NCBI GenBank assembly: GCA_022601635.1
Contig: JAJACG010000022.1
Coordinates: forward strand, 5,790-69,789
Source: Chlamydiales bacterium
GTDB lineage: Bacteria > Chlamydiota > Chlamydiia > Chlamydiales > JAAKFR01
DNA: 64,000 nucleotides
Direction: 5' to 3'
A model generated the notes under the pieces. The model was not told the DNA's origin and did not search any database. It was given only the letters and a program-made list of their open reading frames with translations. The position numbers were made by a program, and so were the translations under genes. Below are positions 8,661 through 20,359 of this stretch, one piece after another (the first letter of the stretch is position 1; the number at the start of each line of letters is the position of its first letter).

Positions 8661-10401
8661 GTAGCCTCATCTCCAGACTCTCTAACTGCTTCTCTATTCC
8701 CTTAGGCAGTCGATCACCAAACTGCGACAAATAATCCCTCATCTGAGCCGCCTCATCTAGCCATTCCTCAGGATGTATCGCAAAAAGCGCTTCCTCGTCA
8801 ACTGTAAGATTCGATAGATCCAATGCGCCACTTGCCGGCACATTTCCAATCGCTGTTTTTTCAGCAGCATCTGAACCCTCAAGACGCTCAAAAATCCACT
8901 TCAAAATACGGATATTCTCGCCAAAGCCAGGCCACAAAAACTCTCCATCTTTTTTGCGAAACCAATTGACCGAGTAGATTTTGGGAAAATTTTCCCGCTC
9001 CATCTCCAGCCAGTGACCAAAGTAGTCCGCCATATTATAGCCACAAAAAGGCAGCATCGCAAAAGGATCGTGGCGCAGTTTGCCCACAGTCCCAGCAGCA
9101 GCAGCTGTCATCTCAGAAGAAACCGCAGCTCCCATAAATGTACCATGCGCCCAATCAAAGGACTCCACAACAAGCGGTACCGTCTTACCACGCCGACCAC
9201 CAAATATAATCGCCGAAATAGGAACACCCTTGGGATCCTCCCATGCCGGATCCATCACAGGACATTGCGCTGCTGGTGTTGTAAAGCGGCTGTTTGGATG
9301 CGCTGCCTTCTTATCACTATTAGGTGTCCACTCCTCACCAAGCCAGCTGGTCGCTTTTTTCGGTGGCTCCCCCATTCCCTCCCACCAGACATCTCCCTCC
9401 TTAGTCAAAGCCACATTGGTGAAAATAGAGTGAGATCTACATGTTTCAAGAGCGTGCGGATTGGAATCCTTTGAGGTTCCAGGAGCTACACCAAAGAAGC
9501 CCGCTTCAGGATTGATTGCCCACAATCTGCCATCTTTTCCTACCTTCATCCATGCAATGTCATCACCAACGCACTCCACCTTCCAGCCAGGGAGTTTAGG
9601 CTCCATCATTGCCAAATTGGTCTTGCCACAAGCAGAGGGAAAGGCCGCTGCAAAGTAGCGCTTTTTACCCTCAGGATTGGTAATGCCCACAATCAGCATA
9701 TGCTCCGCAAGCCAGCCCTGCTCTTTGCCCATGATTGAGGCTATACGAAGCGCAAAGCACTTCTTGCCAAGTAAAGCATTGCCGCCATAGCCGCTACCAA
9801 ACGACCAGATCGAATGGTCAGAGGGAAAATGTACTACATGTGTATCATCTGGGTTGCAGGGCCAAGGAACATCTTTTTTGCCCTCAGTAAGCGGTACACC
9901 CACAGAGTGCAAACAGCGAACAAAAGAGGCGCCCTGTTCAATCTGCTCCATCACCTCTTTGCCAACACGCGTCATGATGTGCATGTTACAGACAACGTAG
10001 GGCGAATCTGTCAGCTCAACGCCGATATGTGATATGTTCGATCCAAGTGGACCCATACTGAAGGGAATCACATAGAGTGTACGGCCACGCATAGAGCCTT
10101 TGAACAGGCCTTGCAGTTTGCTGCGCATCTTTTGCGGCTCTTCCCAATTGTTTGTTGGGCCAGCATCCTCCTCTTTTTCAGAGCAGATGAAAGTACGTCC
10201 CTCAACACGCGCCACATCGCGCGGATCAGAACAGGCCAGATAGCTATCTGGTCTCAATTTCTTGTTTAGTTTAGTAAATGTGCCGCTTTGAACAAGCAGC
10301 TCGGCCATAGCGTGAAACTCCGTTTCACTGCCATCGCAATAATGAATCTGGTCAGGCTCCGTCAGCCTAGCCACCTCATCTACCCACTCTTTGATTGTCA
10401 T
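8644..10401 (-). CDS. pckG: Phosphoenolpyruvate carboxykinase (GTP)
   Basis: 585 aa with the diagnostic GTP-PEPCK P-loop [16 protein letters not shown]. Other conserved blocks are [27 protein letters not shown] and the N-terminal CDGSETEF. Confidence 0.95.
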   Translation of the reverse strand: MTIKEWVDEVARLTEPDQIHYCDGSETEFHAMAELLVQSGTFTKLNKKLRPDSYLACSDPRDVARVEGRTFICSEKEEDAGPTNNWEEPQKMRSKLQGLFKGSMRGRTLYVIPFSMGPLGSNISHIGVELTDSPYVVCNMHIMTRVGKEVMEQIEQGASFVRCLHSVGVPLTEGKKDVPWPCNPDDTHVVHFPSDHSIWSFGSGYGGNALLGKKCFALRIASIMGKEQGWLAEHMLIVGITNPEGKKRYFAAAFPSACGKTNLAMMEPKLPGWKVECVGDDIAWMKVGKDGRLWAINPEAGFFGVAPGTSKDSNPHALETCRSHSIFTNVALTKEGDVWWEGMGEPPKKATSWLGEEWTPNSDKKAAHPNSRFTTPAAQCPVMDPAWEDPKGVPISAIIFGGRRGKTVPLVVESFDWAHGTFMGAAVSSEMTAAAAGTVGKLRHDPFAMLPFCGYNMADYFGHWLEMERENFPKIYSVNWFRKKDGEFLWPGFGENIRILKWIFERLEGSDAAEKTAIGNVPASGALDLSNLTVDEEALFAIHPEEWLDEAAQMRDYLSQFGDRLPKGIEKQLESLEMRLHGAKI

Positions 10402-11498
10402 ATCATCGCTTTGCGTTTCTTGAATTTATCAAGGTGCTCCAGCGCTTTGCCAGTCCCAAGACAAACAGCAAGCAGTGGGTGCGGGGCAATAATTACTGGA
10501 AGCCCCGTATCTTTTGTCAACGCCTTATCCAATCCCTTGATCAGCGCTCCCCCACCAGCGAGAACCATGCCCCGTTCTACCAAATCGGCAGAAAGTTCCG
10601 GAGGACACTTCTCCAATGTCAAGCGCACACACTCCACAATCTGCTGAATCGGCTCCGCCAAACATTCGCGAATCTCCACAGAGTTAATCCGCTTCGTAAT
10701 CGGTAGACCTGCCACCTGATCACGACCCCTAACCTCCATCTCGAGCTCCTTGTCACCAAGAGGATAGGCTGAACCTATTGTGATCTTTATCTCTTCCGCC
10801 GTACGCGGACCAATCATCAAATTATAGGTACGCCTCATATAGTTGATGATACACTCATCAAACTCATCTCCCGCAATCCGAAGCGAACGCGACTCCACAA
10901 TACCACCAAGCGATATGATCGCAATCTCCGTCGTACCACCACCAATATCAATGATCATACTAGCAGCTGGCTCATGTACAGGCAAATCAACACCAATCGC
11001 CGCCGCCATCGGCTCCTCAATCAAAATCACCTCCTGACCACCAGCGTGTAAAGCGGAGTCCTCTACCGCTCTTTTCTCCACACCAGTAATACCAGAAGGC
11101 ACCGCAATCAAAATCTTTGGACGGAAGAGGCTGCGCGAAGGCGTCACCTTCTTGATCAACGCCTTCAGCATCCCCTCCGCAATTTCAAAGTCTGCAATCA
11201 CACCATCTTTCATCGGGCGCACTGCATGAATCTTCCTCGGCGTCTTACCGAGCATCGCCTTCGCCTTATGACCGACCGAAAGCACCTCGTTAGTCTGTGA
11301 GTCAACCGCCACAACCGACGGCTCACTAAGCACAATACCCTTACCCCTCACATAAACCAACGTGTTGGCTGTCCCCAAATCAATTCCAATATCATTGGAA
11401 AAGAAGTTAAAAACCTTGTCCATCCGGCGAAATGCGCGAGATTGTACAGCGTCGAGTGCCGCCTTCACCGTTGGATTGTTTGCAAAATTCTTAAGCAT
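10398..11498 (-). CDS. mreB: Rod-shape/division actin homolog MreB
   Basis: 366 aa with the actin-fold phosphate motifs [13 protein letters not shown] and [13 protein letters not shown], plus [10 protein letters not shown]. It overlaps pckG by 4 nt. Confidence 0.95.
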   Translation of the reverse strand: MLKNFANNPTVKAALDAVQSRAFRRMDKVFNFFSNDIGIDLGTANTLVYVRGKGIVLSEPSVVAVDSQTNEVLSVGHKAKAMLGKTPRKIHAVRPMKDGVIADFEIAEGMLKALIKKVTPSRSLFRPKILIAVPSGITGVEKRAVEDSALHAGGQEVILIEEPMAAAIGVDLPVHEPAASMIIDIGGGTTEIAIISLGGIVESRSLRIAGDEFDECIINYMRRTYNLMIGPRTAEEIKITIGSAYPLGDKELEMEVRGRDQVAGLPITKRINSVEIRECLAEPIQQIVECVRLTLEKCPPELSADLVERGMVLAGGGALIKGLDKALTKDTGLPVIIAPHPLLAVCLGTGKALEHLDKFKKRKAMI

Positions 11499-11506
11499 AA
11501 TACTAT

Positions 11507-14500
11507 CTAAGTTTGTAGTAGTTCCAATACCTCTTCCCAGGTCAGCTTCGAAATCGTCTCCTCATCGGTGTCGATCACCTTCTTCACTAACCCCTTCTTC
11601 CTCTTCTGCAGATTCAAAATCTTCTCTTCAATCGTATTCAGTGTCACCATTTTATATGAAGAGACCGACTTCTTCTGCCCAAGCCGATGGACTCGGTCCG
11701 TCGCCTGATTCTCAACTGCTGGATTCCACCACATATCATAGTGAATCACCGTGTCCGCACCTGTCAAATTCAATCCAGATCCTCCAGCCTTCAATGAAAC
11801 CAAAAAGAGCGGAATATCTGGATCGTTGTTAAACCGCTTGACAATGCCCAGACGATCCTTCGATGAGCCATCTAAGTAGGCAAATGGAATCCCCCTACTC
11901 TCAAGCTCCTCACGCAAAATGGCAAGCATCTTTGTATATTGACTGAAGATCACACTTTTGTGACCACCATCAATCAAGGAGAGCACAAGCTCCAGCAGCA
12001 TATCATATTTGGCCGAATCACCCGGCTCTGGCCTCTCCTTGGCGAAAATCGCTGGATGGCAGCAGATCTGCTTCAATCGAGTCAATGTAGCCAAAACATG
12101 AATTTGAATCTTATCAAAGCCCTCCTTTTTCACAAGGCGAGAGAGCTCCTCTTTAGCCGAAGCTGCGTATGATTTGTAAAGCTCCTCTTGCGTCGGCGTC
12201 AAATGGCAGTGATAGAGCACCTCCGTTACAGGAGGAAGATCATCCAAAACATCCTCTTTCATACGTCGCAAAATGAAGGGCGAAACCTTTCTGCGCAGCA
12301 CCTCAAGGCGATCTTTTTGATTCACCCCACGAATGAATCTCTCAACAAAGCGATCATAGCTTGAAAGAAGACCCGGCATCAAGAAGTCAAAGAGGCTCCA
12401 AAGCTCATCAAGCGAATTCTCGATCGGTGTACCGGTCAAGATCAGTTTCTGTTTTGCTTGAATCATCTTCACCGATTTTGCATTGCGTGTGCCGCGGTTT
12501 TTGATGTTCTGCGCCTCATCAAGCACCACGTAGTCAAATGGGATCGTCTTGTATATCTCAACATCTTTTTGTAGTAAGTTATAGGAGGTGATGATGATAT
12601 CATATTGATCGATCGTTTTCAATAGCTTCCGACGAACAGCGGGCACTGAGTCGATGATTAGAACTTTCGATTTAGGATGAAACTTGTGAAATTCCTCTTG
12701 CCAGTTGTAGAGCAGTGATGTCGGGCAGACAATCAAAGAGGGTGTTTTATTTTGGTTCTGCACAATAGCAATGATCGCCTGCAGCGTCTTTCCAAGACCC
12801 ATATCATCTGCCAAAATCCCGCCCAGATGCATCTGCCTCAGACGCTGCAGCCAGTGGACACCCTCATCTTGATAGTGGCGCAAAGTGGCGTTAATCGCTT
12901 TGGGAACCGGATCATACTTGATCTCTTTTTCACCCAAGATCTGCTTCTGAATCTCTTTGAGCTCTTTGCTCATTGTAAATTTGACCGGCAGATCTTTGCC
13001 CTGCAACGTAGTCAAACTCCAAAGAGGACGGTATTCAACATGATCATTAAGCGAAGAGAGGCCTAGCTCATCGAATAGCTGCACAATCGGTGTGATGCGC
13101 TCTAAATCTAGTACCAAAATGCGCGGCATACGCCCCTTGCCTTGATCGATCTCCACATAAGAGCGCTTCGATGCAACGCAATCCCAAAGAAGATCGAGCC
13201 TCACACCCTTTAGATGGCCCTTTACTTTGAGATCAACAGCGTAGCAACCCACCTGATCACAGGTTGAAAGCTTAAGTTCAAAAGTAGACTCATCATAGAT
13301 AAATTGCTCTTTGAGATTTTGTGGGCAGTCAAAGGTGATCGTATCTTGGAAGCGTGGAATTACCTCTGTCATAAACTCAACAATCTTCTTCTCACTCTTA
13401 ACAGCGAAAAAACCCTCCTTCTCATCAAAGAGAAAATCTTCAAACAGCGCCTCAACCAGCTTGCGCTCCTGAACGAGATTGCGAGCTAAAATGCCCTCCT
13501 CTTGAACAAAGGAGGCGATCTGATCATATTCCAATTCCTCTTGCGCAGCTGGAACCTCAACATCGCCATAAGAAAAGAAGAGTTTCGCCTCTAATTCACC
13601 GTTGAGGTAGTGAATCTCACAGCGTCCCTTCAATTCATTCGCATATGGAAGAGTGACAAAACGATTAATCATCAAAGGATTGGTCACTTCAGCATAAGAA
13701 CGCAAAACTGGAAGAGCATTCTCAACAAAGGTACCAAATAGTGGCTCTGGAATAGCAAGATCGTGCAGCCGCATCAGCTCTCTTAGATGGGCGCGCGTAA
13801 TCATTTTGGGAAAGCGGAAGTAGGTGTTGTTGTGCAGGAGACCAGGCTTGGTAGAGGGAAAGAGTTCTACATCCTCTGGTTTGACACGCTCCTCATCAAC
13901 CAGTAAAAAGGGCTTGAGCAAAATAGTTGGCGCAGGCGCCTCTAAATACTCTAGAGTACAGCTAATCTGCGCAGGCGATGAGGAGAAGCAGATCGGTTCC
14001 TCTAGATTGCTATAAAAAAGAGAGGGCAGAGGCAGCGCTTCTTTGTCAACTTTTCGCATAGTAGAGCTTGCAATGTCGTAAATGCGACTAAAAAGCTGCG
14101 CCACACTTTCACGCGCAAGACAGAATGTGCGGCCCTGCGGCGCTTGAATATGATCAATCAAAATGGCCAAAACTGCCAAGCCCGCTTCATCAAAGGATTC
14201 ACGAGTGAAGAAGTGCTGTTTACCGCTCAGCTGAATAGGCTCCTTATAGTGAAAGGCGGTCAGAAAGGCTTTGATATCTGGAATAAAGAGAGGTTTTGAG
14301 CGAGAAGGAAGTCGTAAAGCGAGCTGAAATTTTTCCTCTGAAAAAAGCAGCGCCAACTCAGCTTTCGTTGGCTCCAGCTTTTGCTGAGGCAAAAAGAAGG
14401 GAGAGCCCCCAAGACGCGTTGCCGCTTTTTGGTAATCCCCCAAAACTTCCTTTTGGTAAGCGCTTCCACGCCTTTGCTGCTCAATCTCTTGCGCCTGTTC

Positions 14501-14851
14501 AAAGGTCTCTTGCAACTCCTGATCAACGTCATCAGCATCTTCAGAATAGTTGACGACGATTTCATTGAGATTTTGCTCTAAAAAGAAGAGGAAGGCAGCG
14601 ATATGCTGGCAGTCGTAGGTGTAGGTGCAGTCACAGTTGGAATCGACAGCACACGATTCAGTGCGATCGATTTCAACCTCACTCTCATAGACATTATCAA
14701 AAGCTCCGCGCACGCGCGCGCTCACCTTGATGGTGTCAGAGTCCATGTGGAGGATCTTAGCCCCCAAAACACTCTCTTTATCAAAAAGCTCCTTGCCTTC
14801 TTTGAGAATGTTAGAAGAAAAGTCTTGCCGCAGTTTGCGAAAATTGAGCAT
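11507..14851 (-). CDS. SNF2-family helicase/translocase with N-terminal SWIM zinc finger
   Basis: 1114 aa. The SWIM motif is CAVDSNCDCTYTYDCQHIAAF. SNF2 motifs are DDMGLGKTLQ (I), LDEAQNIKN (II) and LTGTPIENS (III). The helicase-C motif VI is QATDRVHRLGQ. Its position next to mreB/pckG and tig matches the Chlamydia order as I recall it. Confidence 0.9.
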   Translation of the reverse strand: MLNFRKLRQDFSSNILKEGKELFDKESVLGAKILHMDSDTIKVSARVRGAFDNVYESEVEIDRTESCAVDSNCDCTYTYDCQHIAAFLFFLEQNLNEIVVNYSEDADDVDQELQETFEQAQEIEQQRRGSAYQKEVLGDYQKAATRLGGSPFFLPQQKLEPTKAELALLFSEEKFQLALRLPSRSKPLFIPDIKAFLTAFHYKEPIQLSGKQHFFTRESFDEAGLAVLAILIDHIQAPQGRTFCLARESVAQLFSRIYDIASSTMRKVDKEALPLPSLFYSNLEEPICFSSSPAQISCTLEYLEAPAPTILLKPFLLVDEERVKPEDVELFPSTKPGLLHNNTYFRFPKMITRAHLRELMRLHDLAIPEPLFGTFVENALPVLRSYAEVTNPLMINRFVTLPYANELKGRCEIHYLNGELEAKLFFSYGDVEVPAAQEELEYDQIASFVQEEGILARNLVQERKLVEALFEDFLFDEKEGFFAVKSEKKIVEFMTEVIPRFQDTITFDCPQNLKEQFIYDESTFELKLSTCDQVGCYAVDLKVKGHLKGVRLDLLWDCVASKRSYVEIDQGKGRMPRILVLDLERITPIVQLFDELGLSSLNDHVEYRPLWSLTTLQGKDLPVKFTMSKELKEIQKQILGEKEIKYDPVPKAINATLRHYQDEGVHWLQRLRQMHLGGILADDMGLGKTLQAIIAIVQNQNKTPSLIVCPTSLLYNWQEEFHKFHPKSKVLIIDSVPAVRRKLLKTIDQYDIIITSYNLLQKDVEIYKTIPFDYVVLDEAQNIKNRGTRNAKSVKMIQAKQKLILTGTPIENSLDELWSLFDFLMPGLLSSYDRFVERFIRGVNQKDRLEVLRRKVSPFILRRMKEDVLDDLPPVTEVLYHCHLTPTQEELYKSYAASAKEELSRLVKKEGFDKIQIHVLATLTRLKQICCHPAIFAKERPEPGDSAKYDMLLELVLSLIDGGHKSVIFSQYTKMLAILREELESRGIPFAYLDGSSKDRLGIVKRFNNDPDIPLFLVSLKAGGSGLNLTGADTVIHYDMWWNPAVENQATDRVHRLGQKKSVSSYKMVTLNTIEEKILNLQKRKKGLVKKVIDTDEETISKLTWEEVLELLQT

Positions 14852-14944
14852 GAACGTAGTTGTACAGATTTATTCCCCTCTTCGCAAGAAAAACTTTGCT
14901 TGCGGAAATTAGCCCCATACGCTATTCTCATTCCCCTATTACAT

Positions 14945-15016
14945 GCGGGTGTAGCTCAGCGGTAGAGCATCACGTTGCCAACGTGAGGGTCGTGAGTTCG
15001 AACCTCATCACCCGCT
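14945..15016 (+). tRNA. tRNA-Gly (anticodon GCC)
   Basis: Cloverleaf folded by hand: acceptor GCGGGTG/CACCCGC, D arm GCTC-AGCGGTA-GAGC, anticodon arm TCACG-TTGCCAA-CGTGA, T arm GTGAG-TTCGAAC-CTCAT. No CCA is encoded. It lies inside the spurious N-terminal extension of track ORF 14860..16329. Confidence 0.9.
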
Positions 15017-15039
15017 TTAAAATCCAACCAACAGAAATT

Positions 15040-16329
15040 ATGGAAAAATTTGAAGATGACGCATTTGCCGTTGAAGCCACGCAGGAAGCGGGTTGTCAGC
15101 TGGCACTCAAGGTAACAGTGAAACCAGACCGCACCAAGAAGTGCCATAAGCAGGGTGTGAAGAAGGTAAACAAGCAGATTTCTATCCCTGGCTTTCGCAA
15201 GGGGAAGGCGCCTGACCAAACTGTCATCAGCAAATATGGCTCCTATGTTGATAGTGAGTGGAAAGAGATTGTTCTGCATGAGGCGTTGGATGCAGGTTTT
15301 CAGCTCACCAAAAAATATCCTTTGACAAAAGAGAGTTTGAAGCAGCCGAAGCTTGAGAGCTGCTCTTTGGAAGAGGGGGCTGTTGTCACCTTCTCTTATG
15401 AGCACTACCCAAATGTGCCTGAGATTGATTTTTCTCAAATTTCTCTTCCTGCAATTGAGAAGGCAGAAGTGAAGCAAGAGAGAATTGATGAGGTGGTGGA
15501 GCAGATTTGCAAGTCTAATGCTGATTTTGAGCCGATTGAAGATCGTGCTGTTAAAGAGGGTGACTATGTAGACCTCACGATTGATGCTATTGATCGCGAG
15601 CCTGAGATGAACATTGTCAAAGAGCGTCGCTTCCCTGTTGAGAAGGAGTTGATGGGCGATTGGATGCGCAAACTTGTTGTGGGCAAAAAAGTTGGCGACA
15701 AGGTTGAGGGCAAAAGTGTCAATGAGAAGGATGAAAAGGATTTTAAAGAGACGCTTGTACGCATAGAGATTCACTCCATTTGGAAGATTGTGATGCCCGA
15801 GGTGGATGATGAGCTAGCGAAAAAGGTTGGCACAAAGTCTAAGGATGATCTTCTTGCGCGCATCAAGGAGAATCTGGAACAGGAGGCTGAGCAGGAGCAG
15901 AAGGGCAAGCAGATTGAGGCGCTAGACGACGCTTTGGTTCAGCAGTTCCAATTTGATCTTCCCACTTCGATCGTTGAAGGTGAGAGGCGTCATCGCATCG
16001 CTGACAAATTGCGTCTACTGAAGATGCAGGATTTGAGTGATGAGGAGATCAAGCAGAAAGAGGCTGAGGTTGAGAAAGAGGTCGCAGATGGTGTTGAAGA
16101 TTCGCTGCGTCTCTACTTCATCAACAAGCAGATTGAGAAGCAGGGCAAGATTTCTCTGACAAATCAAGAGTTGAACCAGGAGTTAGCGCACCAAGTGGCG
16201 ACAAACCCAGCCTACCGCGCTGATGATATGGATAAAGACAAATCGCGCGCGCTGATTGAGAGGCTTTCAACAACACTGCTTCAGCGCAAGACAAAAGACT
16301 ATGCGTTAGAGCAGGTCTTGCAGGCTTGA
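15040..16329 (+). CDS. tig: Trigger factor
   Basis: I re-called the start at ATG 15040 (MEKFEDDAFAVE...), downstream of the tRNA. The ribosome-binding signature IPGFRKGKAP is present, and the length and charge pattern are typical. It is followed by clpP-clpX. Confidence 0.9.
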   Translation: MEKFEDDAFAVEATQEAGCQLALKVTVKPDRTKKCHKQGVKKVNKQISIPGFRKGKAPDQTVISKYGSYVDSEWKEIVLHEALDAGFQLTKKYPLTKESLKQPKLESCSLEEGAVVTFSYEHYPNVPEIDFSQISLPAIEKAEVKQERIDEVVEQICKSNADFEPIEDRAVKEGDYVDLTIDAIDREPEMNIVKERRFPVEKELMGDWMRKLVVGKKVGDKVEGKSVNEKDEKDFKETLVRIEIHSIWKIVMPEVDDELAKKVGTKSKDDLLARIKENLEQEAEQEQKGKQIEALDDALVQQFQFDLPTSIVEGERRHRIADKLRLLKMQDLSDEEIKQKEAEVEKEVADGVEDSLRLYFINKQIEKQGKISLTNQELNQELAHQVATNPAYRADDMDKDKSRALIERLSTTLLQRKTKDYALEQVLQA

Positions 16330-16382
16330 TTAATAAAGCATGACACAATATCCTGACCCTAAAATTACCTGAGGATTTGCCG

Positions 16383-16970
16383 ATGTCATTAGTTCCCTAT
16401 GTTGTTGAAGATACGGGCCGTGGAGAGCGCGCCATGGACATTTATTCGAGGCTATTGAAGGACAGAATTGTCCTGATTGGCCAAGAAATTACTGATCAAC
16501 TCGCCAATGTGGTGATTGCACAGCTTCTCTACTTGATGACAGAGGATCCAAAGAAGGACATTCAGATCTTCATTAACTCTCCTGGCGGCTACATCACAGC
16601 AGGCCTTGCCATTTTTGATACAATTCGTTTCCTTGGCTGCGATGTTTCGACCTACTGTATTGGTCAGGCAGCATCTATGGGAGCTCTTCTTTTGGCAGCT
16701 GGAACAAAGGGTAAGAGACGTTCACTTCCGCATGGCCGTATCATGATTCACCAGCCATCTGGCGGCATTATGGGAACATCAGCTGATATTAAGTTGCAAG
16801 CGGATGAGATTGTAAGACTAAAAAGTCATCTGACACGCATTCTTTCAGAGTGTACAGGTCAAGACGAAGATAAGATTTTAGAAGATTCAGATCGCGACTA
16901 CTTCATGAGCCCAGAGCAGGCGATTGAGTATGGTTTGATCGATGAAATGGTGACAACCAAGGTATTTTGA
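16383..16970 (+). CDS. clpP: ATP-dependent Clp protease proteolytic subunit
   Basis: The catalytic Ser context is [11 protein letters not shown] and the His context is [13 protein letters not shown] 16383 is preceded by GAGGA; the track ORF begins at TTG 16377. Confidence 0.95.
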   Translation: MSLVPYVVEDTGRGERAMDIYSRLLKDRIVLIGQEITDQLANVVIAQLLYLMTEDPKKDIQIFINSPGGYITAGLAIFDTIRFLGCDVSTYCIGQAASMGALLLAAGTKGKRRSLPHGRIMIHQPSGGIMGTSADIKLQADEIVRLKSHLTRILSECTGQDEDKILEDSDRDYFMSPEQAIEYGLIDEMVTTKVF

Positions 16971-18208
16971 TGACAGCCAAAGAGCCAGCAACCTGCTCAT
17001 TTTGTGGACGTGCAGAAGATGATGTAGAGAAGTTAATTTCCGGCCCAAATGTTTATATTTGCGACAATTGCATCCGTCTTTGCATGAGCATTGTTGAGAA
17101 AAAACCGGAAAAGCAGAAGCATGATCTCACAGTGTTGAAGCCGGAAGAGGTTAAGCAGCGGCTTGATGAGTATGTTGTTGGACAAGATGAGGCGAAGCGC
17201 ACGATTGCGGTGGCTGTTTATAACCACTATAAGCGTGTGCGCGCTATGATGGAAAATAAAGAGGTCGCCTACAGCAAATCAAACGTGATGCTACTGGGGC
17301 CGACTGGATCTGGTAAAACTTTGATGGCCAAAACATTGGCTGATATTTTGGATGTGCCATTTTCGATCTGTGATGCGACAACGCTGACAGAGGCTGGCTA
17401 TGTTGGAGAGGATGTGGAAAACATTGTTCTTCGTCTACTTCAGTCGGCGGACTATGATGTAGAGCTTGCTGAGCGTGGCATTATTTACATCGATGAGATC
17501 GATAAGATTGGTCGCACGACGCAAAATGTTTCGATCACGCGCGATGTTTCTGGTGAGGGGGTGCAGCAATCGCTTCTCAAGATTGTTGAGGGGACGGTAA
17601 CAAGCGTACCGCCCAAAGGTGGCAGGAAGCATCCGCATCAGGAGTACATCAAGGTGAATACGGAGAACATTCTTTTCATCATTGGTGGCGCCTTTGTTCA
17701 TCTTGACAAGATGATTGCGAAGCGTTTGGGGAAGAGCACGATTGGATTTTCAGACACAAAGACAGGCAAGCCGATCGATCGTCATGATAAGAATGCGCTT
17801 CTCAAGCAGGTTGAGCCGGAGGATCTAGTTGGCTTTGGTATGATTCCAGAGTTTATTGGCCGTTTCAACTGCATCGTCAATTCCAACGAGCTCACATTGG
17901 ATGATTTGGCGCACATTTTGACGGAGCCAAAAAATGCTGTGATGAAGCAGTACAAGGCGCTTTTTGCTGAAGAGGGTGTTGACCTACACTTTTCTGATGA
18001 GGCGCTCTTGGCTGTGGCACGCAAGGCGAAAGAGGCGGGCACTGGAGCTAGAGCACTGCGCATGATTTTTGAAAATCTGCTGCGTGATTTGATGTTTGAG
18101 GTGCCATCAGATCCGTCTGTGCGTGAGATTTACATCGAGGAGGAGACAATCACAAAGAATAAAGAACCTGTGATTGTACGCACCGATGATGACAAAAAAA
18201 TCGCTTAA
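16970..18208 (+). CDS. clpX: ATP-dependent Clp protease ATP-binding subunit ClpX
   Basis: Zinc ribbon CSFCGR...CDNC, Walker A GPTGSGKT, Walker [10 protein letters not shown], and GARALR near the C-terminus. The start ATG overlaps the clpP stop as TGATG. Confidence 0.95.
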   Translation: MTAKEPATCSFCGRAEDDVEKLISGPNVYICDNCIRLCMSIVEKKPEKQKHDLTVLKPEEVKQRLDEYVVGQDEAKRTIAVAVYNHYKRVRAMMENKEVAYSKSNVMLLGPTGSGKTLMAKTLADILDVPFSICDATTLTEAGYVGEDVENIVLRLLQSADYDVELAERGIIYIDEIDKIGRTTQNVSITRDVSGEGVQQSLLKIVEGTVTSVPPKGGRKHPHQEYIKVNTENILFIIGGAFVHLDKMIAKRLGKSTIGFSDTKTGKPIDRHDKNALLKQVEPEDLVGFGMIPEFIGRFNCIVNSNELTLDDLAHILTEPKNAVMKQYKALFAEEGVDLHFSDEALLAVARKAKEAGTGARALRMIFENLLRDLMFEVPSDPSVREIYIEEETITKNKEPVIVRTDDDKKIA

Positions 18209-19307
18209 AATTGTTCAGACGCTGAATGACGCAGGCTTTATTGCCTACTACGCAGGTGGCTATGTGCGCGACAAACTCTTGGGGTTAGAGCCTCATGAGG
18301 TGGATATTGCCACAAATGCAACCGTGCAGCAGGTGCAAGAGCTTTTTCCCAAAACGATTCCTGTTGGTATTTCATTTGGCGTCGTCATTGTGATGGATGG
18401 GAGTGATCCTTTTGAGGTCGCCACCTTTCGCAGTGATGGTGACTATGAAGATGGCCGTCATCCCACCTCTATCTCCTACTGCTCTCCTGAAGAGGATGCT
18501 AAGAGGCGCGATTTTACCATCAATGGCATGTTCTACGATCCACTGACAGATCAGGTGCATGACTTTGTTGAGGGGCGGGAGGATTTAAAAAGTGGAATTA
18601 TTCGCGCGATTGGAAATCCCAAGCTGCGCTTTGAGGAGGATCGTTTGCGCATGGTGCGCGCTATTCGCTTTGCAGCGCGCTTTGATTTTAAGATTGAGAA
18701 GAAGACAGCAACAGCAATCAAAGAGCAGGCTTCAACACTCTTCCCTGCCGTTTCAATTGAAAGAATCTGGCAGGAGTTTGGCAAGATGGTTCATAAGGGC
18801 AAGGCCTATTTGATGCTCTATGAATTTGGACTACTCCAAACTATTTTCCCAGCACTCAAAAATCAATCGATCGAAGAGCGAGTAAAGCCATTTGACAACT
18901 TTCCAAAAGAAACACCTACTATTCTCTATCTTCGAGAGCTTTTGGTTGATACAGATGGACTTGTCGAAAAAATGAAGGCGAGCCGCCGCGACCAAAAGCT
19001 CTTGGACTACTTTGATACAAAGTGCACAGATCTGTTTGATTGGACCCATTTCTATCGCAGTGAATTTTTGCCGCTATTTCTATCGATTGAGGAGGCGAAG
19101 GGTGTTGATATTTCTGAACATCAAGAGCGGATTGCGAAGTTGAAGGAGCACATTGAGAGGAGGGAGCCAGTAGTTAGTTCTACCCTCTTAAAAGAGCGCG
19201 GTATTAAGCCTGGACCGCAGATGGGCAAGCTTTTGGAGCAAGCGGAGCGACTTGCTATCAATGAGGATTTGACAGCGCAAGAGGTGCTCGTTAGACTGGG
19301 CGTGTGA
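18186..19307 (+). CDS. tRNA nucleotidyltransferase / poly(A) polymerase family protein (CCA-adding or PcnB-like)
   Basis: The motif [21 protein letters not shown] carries the GGxVRD and DxD nucleotidyltransferase elements, and RRDFTINGM is also present. The probable start is ATG 18186, inside the clpX 3' end. Confidence 0.8.
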   Translation: MMTKKSLKIVQTLNDAGFIAYYAGGYVRDKLLGLEPHEVDIATNATVQQVQELFPKTIPVGISFGVVIVMDGSDPFEVATFRSDGDYEDGRHPTSISYCSPEEDAKRRDFTINGMFYDPLTDQVHDFVEGREDLKSGIIRAIGNPKLRFEEDRLRMVRAIRFAARFDFKIEKKTATAIKEQASTLFPAVSIERIWQEFGKMVHKGKAYLMLYEFGLLQTIFPALKNQSIEERVKPFDNFPKETPTILYLRELLVDTDGLVEKMKASRRDQKLLDYFDTKCTDLFDWTHFYRSEFLPLFLSIEEAKGVDISEHQERIAKLKEHIERREPVVSSTLLKERGIKPGPQMGKLLEQAERLAINEDLTAQEVLVRLGV

Positions 19308-20359
19308 AATATCCCATCTACAATAAAAAGGCCTACCTCGCTCTCTACCTAATCGACACACTTTTGAAACTGCTGCCGCGTAAGAAGAGTGAGATCTCTT
19401 ATGACTCTCTACTTCTTTGTAATATCGCCCATATCGGGGATGTGATTTTGACAACTTCATTGCTGAAGCCTATCAAAGAGGCTTTTCCTAATATGAAACT
19501 AGGGATGTTGATCAATAGCTGCGCCCGCCCAATCGTCGAGGGGCAGGTCGATCATTTGCACATCTTTGATCACTGGAAGCTTGGAGGCAACAGCCGAGAT
19601 TGCAAAAAGGTGATTGAAGAGATCAAAGGGTATAGCATTGCTGTTGACTGCAACTTTCACTATCCCAATAGCAGTCCCCTTCTTTGGCAGGCGAAGATTC
19701 CAACACGCATTGGCTTTACAAGTGCTGGCTTTGGTCCCCTTCTCACACACAGCTACTCTTGGCAGACAGAGGATGTTCCTGCACCCCAAATCTATGCACG
19801 GCTACTCAAACCGCTCGGTATTGACGCAGTACCAACTAAGCCGCAGATAGTCACTAGTGCCATAGAAAAGAAAGAGTACATTGTTGTTCATCCTTGCAGT
19901 CGAAATGCTCGAAAAGAGTGGCCTGCTGCCAAGTGGAAAGAGCTACTTCAGCGCTTTCCCAAGAGTCAGCTGCTCTTTACAGGACGTGGAAAGCGCGAAA
20001 AGGCGTTTATAGAATCAATCATACCAGCAAATGGAACCAATCTCTGTGATCAGCTCTCTTGGAGTGAATTTGTGACAACGATTGCCGAAGGCGCACTGCT
20101 GCTTACTGTTGATACAAGTGCTGGACATATAGCTGCAGCGGTCGATACGCCTGTTGTTGCGATTCACCCCGCTATTCACCATGAAAAGTTGTGGAAGCCC
20201 TATGGTGAAAAGGTAACAGTTGTGCGCCAAAATCCAGATTGCTCACCCTGCTTTACAGGGTGTGAATCGATGGAGTGTATCAAAACGATTTCGGTCGATA
20301 GAGTCTACGATGCCGCGCAAGCAATGATACCGCGTCCCACCTCTCCACGCTCTAGCTGA
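19304..20359 (+). CDS. Glycosyltransferase family 9 (heptosyltransferase-like)
   Basis: 351 aa with a GTG start. Supporting segments are NIAHIGDVILTTSLLKPIKEAFP, VVHPCSRNARKEWPAAKWKELL, and the C-terminal LLLTVDTSAGHIAAAVDTPVVAI, which is the typical GT9 donor-site region. Confidence 0.7.
   Translation: MKYPIYNKKAYLALYLIDTLLKLLPRKKSEISYDSLLLCNIAHIGDVILTTSLLKPIKEAFPNMKLGMLINSCARPIVEGQVDHLHIFDHWKLGGNSRDCKKVIEEIKGYSIAVDCNFHYPNSSPLLWQAKIPTRIGFTSAGFGPLLTHSYSWQTEDVPAPQIYARLLKPLGIDAVPTKPQIVTSAIEKKEYIVVHPCSRNARKEWPAAKWKELLQRFPKSQLLFTGRGKREKAFIESIIPANGTNLCDQLSWSEFVTTIAEGALLLTVDTSAGHIAAAVDTPVVAIHPAIHHEKLWKPYGEKVTVVRQNPDCSPCFTGCESMECIKTISVDRVYDAAQAMIPRPTSPRSS

Noticed and set aside
9013-9474. 153-aa and 117-aa ORFs antisense to pckG.
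   Set aside because: They lie inside a highly conserved GTP-PEPCK coding region and have Arg/Pro/Ser-rich mirror-frame composition.
14860-15039. N-terminal 60-codon extension of the trigger-factor ORF in the track.
   Set aside because: It runs straight through a well-folded tRNA-Gly (14945-15016). Recognisable trigger-factor sequence begins at ATG 15040.
14956-15774. 272-aa ORF antisense to tig.
   Set aside because: Its composition is Leu/Phe/Asn-rich and low in complexity, typical of the reverse frame of an acidic, Lys/Glu-rich gene. It has no motifs, and the sense strand carries a clear trigger factor.
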